From: Eledone cirrhosa
Taxonomy: Eukaryota
NCBI GenBank assembly: GCA_964016885.1
Contig: OZ024754.1
Location: 3,348,001 to 3,412,000, forward strand
Direction of reading: 5' to 3'
Length of the DNA stretch: 64,000 nt
This document shows positions 56,616 to 64,000 of this stretch, in pieces; the stretch's first letter is position 1; each line of letters starts with the position of its first letter. Position numbers and translations under genes: made by a program. Below the pieces are notes generated by a model. The model saw only the letters and a program-made list of their open reading frames with translations, ran no database searches and was not told where the DNA came from.

Positions 56616-56648
<33 letters not shown>

Positions 56649-56678
56649 GCAGAGGCAGAGCAGATAAGAAGCTTAATG

Positions 56679-56770
<92 letters not shown>

Positions 56771-56883
56771 ACTTGAAGGCGGCCAACCGGACTGGTAACT
56801 GCTAATTGTTTGGCCGCCTTCTCGTCTCTCTGTTTTTTCAGCCCCATGGATTGTGTCTATTATATTCCTTTGTTAAATTTCGA

Positions 56884-56941
56884 ATACCTGATGATGTCAC
56901 CGGATTCATACTGAGCCCGGTCATTGAAATGTTCGTAGTAT
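56884..56941 (+). ncRNA. Type I hammerhead ribozyme
   Basis: atac CTGATGA tgtcaccggattc-atact-gagcccggtcatt GAAA T gttc G TA gtat; AATAAA at 56942. Confidence 0.72.
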
Positions 56942-57174
56942 AATAAACCTTTAAGGAATTACACCAGTCCAGCCTCCCGTTATATTGTAATATATATATA
57001 TATATATATAATAATAAAAAAAGTATATGTTCCTACACGCACAAGGCGCTAAGGGGCACATGTATTGTCCAACCATATGCCAATGTGGTTCTATGGCAGG
57101 TTAATAAATTAACGAGCCAGAATATATATAATCAAGGTTTATATATATATATATTCACCCGGGTGAGCACTCGA

Positions 57175-57830
57175 TGTTTAGGTTCACTTCTATGCCGCGA
57201 GGTTGACTTTGCCTTTCATCCTTACGGGGTCGATAAAATAAAGTACCAGTAATGCACTGGATAATTGCTGGCCTTGTGCCTAAAGTAGAAACAATTATAT
57301 TGAAAGGATATAGAGCGGTGAATTGGCAGTATATGTAGACGGTCAGACGCCATGCTTTCCAGCATAGTTACGTCCCTTTACGATCTGAGTTCAAATCCCG
57401 CCGAGGTTGACTTTGCCTTTCATCCTTACGGGGTCGATAAAATAAAGTACCAGTAATTTACTGGGTAATTGCTGGCCTTGTGCCTAAAGTAGAGACAATT
57501 ATATTGAATATATATATATATATATATATAAAGATATATATATAGATATATATATATATAAAGATTATATATATATAAAGATATATATATATATATATAA
57601 AAGATATATATATACATATATATAATGATTTCTAGTATAGGCAGAAGGCCAGTAATTTGGGGGAGGGGAAAGTCGATTAAATCAACTCCAGTGCGTGACT
57701 GGTACTTTATTTTATCGACCCCGTAAGGATGAAAGGCAAAGTCAACCTCGGCGGGATTTGATCTCAGACCGTAAAGGGCCGTAACTCTATGCTGCAAAGC
57801 ATGGCGTCCGACCCTCTACCGATACTGTCA
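57175..57830. mobile_element. Three SINE family 1 copies (two +, one -)
   Basis: Core at about 57200-57300 (+), 57313-57500 (+) and 57625-57830 (-). Confidence 0.88.
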
Positions 57831-57851
57831 AATAAGACGGTTATTTAGGTT

Positions 57852-57925
57852 ATTTTATTATACGTATTTCAAAGATGTTTGGCTTATGTGTAACATCAGT
57901 GAAACATGTTCTCTTCAGATAAAAT
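57852..57925 (-). ncRNA. Type I hammerhead ribozyme (family C-related)
   Basis: RC: attttat CTGAAGA gaacatgttt...aaacatcttt GAAA T ACGT A TA ataaaat. Confidence 0.78.
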
Positions 57926-58278
57926 CTACAGGAGATGTAAATATCCTTTGATATGCAAGAGGTCAGACTGATAAACAAAACCAGTTGAGTGCTTGATATC
58001 TGTTATATAAAAATCGGGCGATTTTAAATCAGACCCTCTTACTGCTATTTCAAGCGTTAAACTAATATATTCCTTCCATATACTGTACCGATTGTGTTGT
58101 TATTTCTGTTTACCTTTTACATACATACATACATACACACGCACACACACACACATATATATATATGTATATATATGTATATATATATATATATATATTC
58201 AAAATAGGGAGCGCACTATATATGTATATAAAAGTAAGCAGGAACGAGGTCAAGATTGCATCATAAATAAACTTGATT

Positions 58279-58347
58279 GCATATGACAATTGCTTCGATA
58301 TCGATCAGTCGGGTATCGATTCTATATCGATAACTCATCAGATATGC
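58279..58347 (-). ncRNA. Hammerhead ribozyme with one core substitution (GAAGC)
   Basis: RC: gcatat CTGATGA gttatcgat...atcgatatc GAAG C AATT GTC atatgc. Confidence 0.68.
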
Positions 58348-58644
58348 ATTGCTATGCTAAGAACACATTCATTTGTGTTCACTTCGCGTGGATCAAGAAA
58401 GTTAACCCGTGAACAATTTTGACGATTTCATAAGTTTCTGAAGACTTTGACACAAAACTTTATTGCATATCAAGCCTCCAAGTTGACCCCACCTCCCGAC
58501 TGCACCGTGGGGCCAGTCAGCTGTGACAAGACATGTATGACAGGTAGGGTTTAAAGTGCCGTAGAGACCCTAACCTTCAACCTGGAAAAAAAAAAAAGAT
58601 TTTTAACATGTTAGCTTATTTCAGTCATAATACACCTTAAATGT

Positions 58645-58790
58645 GAAGGCACGTGGCTTAGTGGTTAGAGCATTCGGCTTGCAATCGAAAGGGTGTGAGT
58701 TCAATTCTCGAACCGGGTGATGTGTTGTTTCCTTGAGCAAGACATTTTATTTCACGTTGCTCCAGTTTACTCAGCTGTAGAAATGGGATG
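58645..58790 (+). mobile_element. SINE family 2 head
   Basis: A box tggcttagtgg, B box gagttcaattc, then ccttgagcaagacattttatttcacgttgctccag. Confidence 0.8.
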
Positions 58791-59029
58791 ATAGGACTGG
58801 GGTCCCTATCATTAAATCACCCAAGACACCCCCAACGAGATATACCTTGGAGGAGGCCAGCTAAACCTGCACAGGTGTGAGCTGTAACAACAACACCCTA
58901 AATACCTCAAATAATATTTAGACTAAAAAATATAAAATGCAGAACTTCATTCTTTCAAAACTATATTTAGGTGTAAAGATGTACAGCATGTTAAAAATAA
59001 TCATTGCAAGCAAAAAAATACATTTTAAA

Positions 59030-59200
59030 ATAATTGTTTCTACTTTTGGTACCCCAGTGTATTACTGGTACTATATTTTATCGACCCCGTAAGGCAAAGT
59101 TAACCTCGGTGGGATTTGAACTCAGACCATAAAGGGCCATAACTCTATGCTGCAGAGTATGGTATCTGACGCTCTACCGATACTGCCAATTCACCGACTT
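59030..59200 (-). mobile_element. SINE family 1
   Basis: Family core sequence. Confidence 0.82.
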
Positions 59201-59309
59201 ACGTTTTAAAATAATAATAATATAATTTCACCTCCAAATTCGTGTTTATACCGGGGTTTCGTTCTGTCAAAGTAATAGATATTAAGATAATTAATTAATA
59301 GATTATATA

Positions 59310-59460
59310 TAACGGGCTTCCACCTAGTTTCTGCCTACCAAATTTTACTCACATGGCATGCGTCAATTCGAGAGTAAAGTAGGGAACATTTGCCCAACGT
59401 GTCATACAGTGGAATCGAACACAAAATCGTGTGTTGACGAATAAAACTTAAGCACAGCCA
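59310..59460 (-). mobile_element. SINE family 3 head
   Basis: agtttctgcctaccaaatt...tttgcccaacgtgtcatacagtggaatcgaac. Confidence 0.6.
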
Positions 59461-60412
59461 ATAAAGATAGAGATAATGATAGATAGAGAGGAAATGTAAG
59501 GAGAAGAGTGAGAGAGAGGTGGGGTGAGAGAGGGGGAGAGAGGTGGAGGATGGAGAGAGAGGGGGAGGGCGGGAGAAAGAATGAACAATGGAGATGATGT
59601 GTGGAAAGTAAAGAAATGAAATTATGTAGGGATAGAAATAAGGAGAGAGAGTGAGTGTGAAAGGGAGAGTCTGGGAGAGAGATAAGGAGAGAGAGAGAAG
59701 GAAAGAAAGAGTGAGAGTGAAGGAAAGTAAAAAAGAGATAGACAGGAAGAGAGAGAGAAAGAGTGAGAGTGAAGGAAAGTAAAAAAGAGATAGACAGGAA
59801 GAGAGATAGAGAGAGAGGGAGAAACAGATAAAGTGTAAGTGTTAAGTAGAAAAGAAAAAGAAAGGGAAATAGAGCGAAAAGGTTTTTCTTTTTCCTTTTC
59901 AGAGACTCAAAGAAAGGAAAGAAAAAAAACAACGAAGGAAGAAAGAAAGGAAGAAGAAAAGAAAGGAATAGAGGTGGTGGTGGTGGGGTTGTTAGGGCAA
60001 GATTAAAATTCCTTAAAAATTGCGTCAGTTGAAAAAATTGTTAAGAAATGGTAAAATGTAGGTTAGCGCGAACAACGATGGTCCTTCTGTGTTTTTGACC
60101 GAACTTTCTAGAAGAAGCATCTGGAAATAATTAAAGAAACAATAACCCCACAAAAATGTTACATTTAAGAGAGAGAGAGAGTGAGAGAGAGAGAGAGAGA
60201 AAAAGAGTTAGAGTGAGAGGGAGAGAGTTAGAGTGAGAGAGAGAGTTAGAGTGAAAGAGAGAGAGAGTTAGAGTGAGGGACAGAGAGAGATTTAGAGTGA
60301 GGGAGAGAGAGCAGGGGAGAGAGTGAGAGGGAGAGAGAGAAGGGGGAAGAGAGAGAGAAAGAAATCACTCGAAATATTTGTATAGTTCATTCAATATGTA
60401 TATATATATATA

Positions 60413-60487
60413 TACAATGTCACCAAAAAATGTATACACATTAGAATGTTGTTGAAGTGCATATACATTTTGGGGGGACACCCTGTA
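60413..60487. mobile_element. Tiny Tc1/mariner-like MITE
   Basis: taca.tgtcaccaaaaaatgtatac / gcatatacattttggggggacaccctgta with TA ends. Confidence 0.45.
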
Positions 60488-60550
60488 TATATCATCATTG
60501 AGGTTTTAACGTCCGCCCCCCCTCTCTCTCTCTCTATATATATATATATA

Positions 60551-60582
<32 letters not shown>

Positions 60583-60590
<8 letters not shown>

Positions 60591-60953
60591 TGTATATATA
60601 GTGTATTTTGCAATACACTGTACGCTTAATTAAAAGCATTTCGAAGACCTTATGCTATTGTTCTAGAGTAGTGACAGTCTCACTTACTTTAAATTTTCTG
60701 CAAACAGGGGAGATAAAGCTGACAGAGCTCTGTTTCGTACTTTTTGGTACTTATCAAAGCTAAGTACTCCACCTGTTTGCTGAAAATCATGAATGTTTGA
60801 TTCTTATAGAGTTGTAGTAATAATCGCCTGTTTGCTGAAAATTTAAAGTAAGTGAGACTGTCACTACTCTAAAACAATAGCGTAAGGTCTTCGAAATGCT
60901 TTTAATTAAGCATACAGTGTATTGCAAAATACACTATATATACATTCATATAT
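60583..60953. mobile_element. Fold-back element with about 125-bp arms enclosing an HHR
   Basis: Arms about 60583-60708 / 60827-60953. Confidence 0.75.
60717..60761 (-). ncRNA. Hammerhead ribozyme, U3-A8 core variant
   Basis: RC: agct TTGATAA gtac-caaaaa-gtac GAAAC AGAGCTCT GTC agct. Confidence 0.78.
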
Positions 60954-61203
60954 ATATCGCTATTTCAGAGCACCAATTCTAATATATATATATATTTATA
61001 TCTAAAGGTTCGAAGTCAGTGTTGCAGCATATGTACAAACTTTCTTGGCACAATAAAATTGTTTCGATATTGATCAACTCGGAGTACAATGAAGGTGACA
61101 GGGCCAGAATCTTTTTCGACATATCATCAGATATGCGAGATTATATGTGCAAAGACACATCTACACTACACACCCTAACACACACACACACATATATATG
61201 TAT

Positions 61204-61259
<56 letters not shown>

Positions 61260-61269
61260 GGGCGGGTAA

Positions 61270-61403
61270 AATTCCCGAGATCCATGGACGAGTTCTCTCC
61301 AGCGGTCTCTGTCCCTCATCATCGCTGCCATGTCCTGCGTCTCCAAGAGACCAGTGTCTGTCCATAGGACATCAACATATGTTAACCTCGGTCTTCCTCT
61401 TCC
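61270..61403 (-). pseudogene. RTE/RTE-X LINE ORF C-terminal fragment
   Basis: GRGRPRLTYVDVLWTDTGLLETQDMAAMMRDRDRWRELV fits the RGRP...DR..WR C-terminus of RTE-clade proteins. Confidence 0.72.
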
Positions 61404-61478
61404 AATAATATACATATGTATAAAAATAATATATATATATATATAATTAATATTTATATATATATATATATATATATA

Positions 61479-61723
61479 GTAAAAAGTATGACCCCGACGG
61501 CAGAGCTCAAGCCGTTTTGCCGGCTATTTCTGGACTAAATTAGAATTTTTAGCCTGGCTAAATTTAGTCCAGAAATTCTAATTTAGTCCAGAAATAGCCG
61601 TCGAAACGTCTTGAGCTCTGCCGTCGGGGTCATACTTTTTACTATTTCCCACTCTACTACCCTAAGTATTGAGTACTCTGGTACGTTATAGGCCATCTGG
61701 TTCCTTACCACAAATTCTTGGTT
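61479..61723 (+). mobile_element. Family A fold-back mini-element (copy 10)
   Basis: Arms gtaaaaagtatgacccc / ggggtcatactttttac; duplicated aatttagtccagaaat at the turn; standard tail. Confidence 0.83.
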
Positions 61724-62499
61724 ATATATATATATATTTACACACACCTGATGTTGTTTTCATAAGAATACGTCCCGGTAGGATTTTTCTTAACGAGTGG
61801 GCAATGATAATGAAATAGTATCGAAACCGTGATCAATCCGGGTAACTGCTTATGCGCAGAATCAAACTCACTTCCTTTTCCGGTGTTTACTTTCCCCCCA
61901 ATGTCGTTTACTTGCAGAAGTGTGTATTTGCTGTTGTTGTCTACTGTAGACGGCTTGTATGCATACAAGCCGTCTACAAGATTATTCCTGGTGTTTTCCT
62001 TCAGAAAAACGTAAGAGTCCACTCTGAGGTAAATAATTCTTTTCTAATATTATTGAGTGTATAAGAACTCTCTGGAAATTATTCCACTTGTGTTGTCTTT
62101 GTGTAAATGTAACTTGGATAAATGTTTTTAAAATGGGAGTGTATATATGTGAAAGGCTCCCAGTTGTTGTCACAACACTTTTCTAAGAGGGGGAAATTCT
62201 GAAAAAAAAAGAAAACCTGCAGCTTCGGAAGCATCCGATGATGTTGACCAGTTCTCCTTTTTCGGGTAGTATTTTCGATGCTCAGAGAGTGGGATTAGTA
62301 GAATACAAGCCCTTTCCCCTCTTTAAAAAAACCTTCAAAGCACAGACATTGCTTGTTCAGGATATTTTACAGGTTTGTGTGGCTGGACATAGCCTAAAAG
62401 TGCACCAAGCTCTATAATCTGACAAGCGATTGCAATACTCTTAGCAGAGTTTGCAGCCATCATATATATATACTGAATTTTCTGCACACACACATACAT

Positions 62500-62560
<61 letters not shown>

Positions 62561-63369
62561 GTAAATAGAAATATTCCAAAGCTTGGTAGAACAAGTTGTG
62601 AGGAAAGTTATCAACATACGTTAAGGTGACTCGACAGGTTGGTAGGGATTAAATCCTTTTGTAACTGTTTACCTTCGTCCTATTTCTCTTTTTTGATATA
62701 TATATATATATGTGTGTGTGTGTATGTCTGTCTGTGTGTGCAGAAAATTCAGTAAATCTGAAGAAAACTGGAGAGAGCACCGAAGTGAGCACTCGGTGCA
62801 GAGCAGAGTGTTTAGAAGAAGAACAAAGTGGAGATGTTACATAGGAGATTTATTGTTCTGTAAGTGAAAAGCCGTTTGACGCAGGACTGTTTCGGAAGTA
62901 AGATCTCCGCTGTTCTAATTAGCTTAACCGTAATTGAGGCAAGAGTCAGCAGAAAAGTGGGGGTCAGTAGAACATCGTGAGGAGGGGAAGTGTCCTTTTA
63001 ATTCTCTGAACTCTCTGAGATCAAATCTCATCGATTGTCAACTTTGATTTTCACTTTTTTCTAAAAATTTCTAAGTCGTTAAAAGTTGTTGTAATCCAGT
63101 AGTGGGGTCAATTGGTGACGGTTGCTTTTGACAGGACCTGCAGGGAGGAGAGCTTGAGGACTCTGGCCCCATGACCCTCTCAGGAATAACCGGACGAAGA
63201 AGATGACAATGATGATGATGATGATAGCGAAGACGCCCGAGGAGAAGGAGAAGATGATGAAGACGTCAAAGGAGATTATAATGATGATGATGGCGAAGAT
63301 GACCAAGAAGGAGGAGGAGGAGGAGATGGAAGGAGAAGATAAAATGGGTCAAGCCAAGTCTATAACAAA

Positions 63370-63453
63370 CGACATTTGCCGAAAATGACCTGCAGTGGGA
63401 TCGAACTCGGAAGCTTATGATTGCTAGGTGAACTTCTTAACCAATCAGCTATA
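63370..63453 (-). mobile_element. SINE family 3 head fragment
   Basis: gcagtgggatcgaactcgg...cttcttaaccaatcagc. Confidence 0.5.
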
Positions 63454-63467
63454 CTGAGTCTACTAAA

Positions 63468-63875
63468 TAATGGTTTCTTATATAGGCACAAGGCCAGCAA
63501 TTTTGGGGGAGAGGAAAGTCGATTAAATCGACCCCAGTGCGTGACTGGTACTTTTATTTTATCGACTCCGTAAGGATGAAAGGCAAAGTTAACCTCGGCG
63601 GGATTTGAACTCAGATCATAAAGGGCCGAAACTCTATGCTGTAAAGCATGTTGTCCGACGCTCTACCGATAGCGCCAATCTACCGCCTTTGAGTCTACCA
63701 AATAATTGTTTCTACTTTTGGCACAAGGCCAGCAATTATCCCAGTGTATTACTGGTACTATATTTTATCGACCCCGTAAGGATGAAAAGCAAAGTTAACC
63801 TCGACGGGATTTAAACTCATACCATAAAGGGCCGTAACTCTATGCCGCAAAGCTTGGCGTCGACTCTCTACCGAT
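63468..63875 (-). mobile_element. Two tandem SINE family 1 copies
   Basis: Full family core twice (63468-63690, 63700-63875). Confidence 0.88.
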
Positions 63876-64000
63876 TAGTAAGCAGCTTAGCTAAGGTACT
63901 GAGTTCGAATCCACCTCTATTTAAAAAGGTAAAAAGCAAACAAAACAAAAAGCAAACATACATAAAAACGTAAAACAGAGGAAAAGAATTGATGACAAGA

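Noticed and set aside
58645-58720. Possible tRNA gene
   Set aside because: A/B boxes run into a multi-copy SINE body and the acceptor stem does not close.
63134-63205. Possible exon DLQGGELEDSGPMTLSGITGRRR*
   Set aside because: Unrecognised, runs into GAT/GAG repeats, and could be a repeat tail.

Overview
AT-rich, microsatellite-saturated eukaryotic DNA with no recognisable intact protein-coding gene. The repeat content (several tRNA-derived SINE families, mariner/piggyBac/hAT-like MITEs, huge (TA)n/(CA)n/(GA)n/(GGT)n tracts) looks like an octopus (coleoid cephalopod) intron or intergenic region; this is recognised from memory, not from a search. Almost all long ORFs in the track are translations of microsatellites. 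The main hidden signal is about 20 type I hammerhead ribozyme (HHR) motifs on both strands. They sit in short non-coding islands embedded in (TA)n tracts, usually have self-complementary stem-III loops, often have a downstream AATAAA, and often lie in fold-back (inverted 5' arm) elements. This matches remnants or non-autonomous derivatives of microsatellite-targeting Penelope-like retroelements. Notable variants are two unrelated families with a compensatory U3-A8 core (UUGANAA), one family with a consistent CAGAAGA core, and several HHRs with stem II expanded to about 80-90 nt. One family occurs 10 times as palindromes with a fixed outer boundary and variable turn-around points. Degenerate R4/Dong-like, RTE-like and Tx1-like LINE 3' fragments and several transposon-derived minisatellites are also present. 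Folds were inferred by eye, no activity was tested, and element boundaries are approximate.
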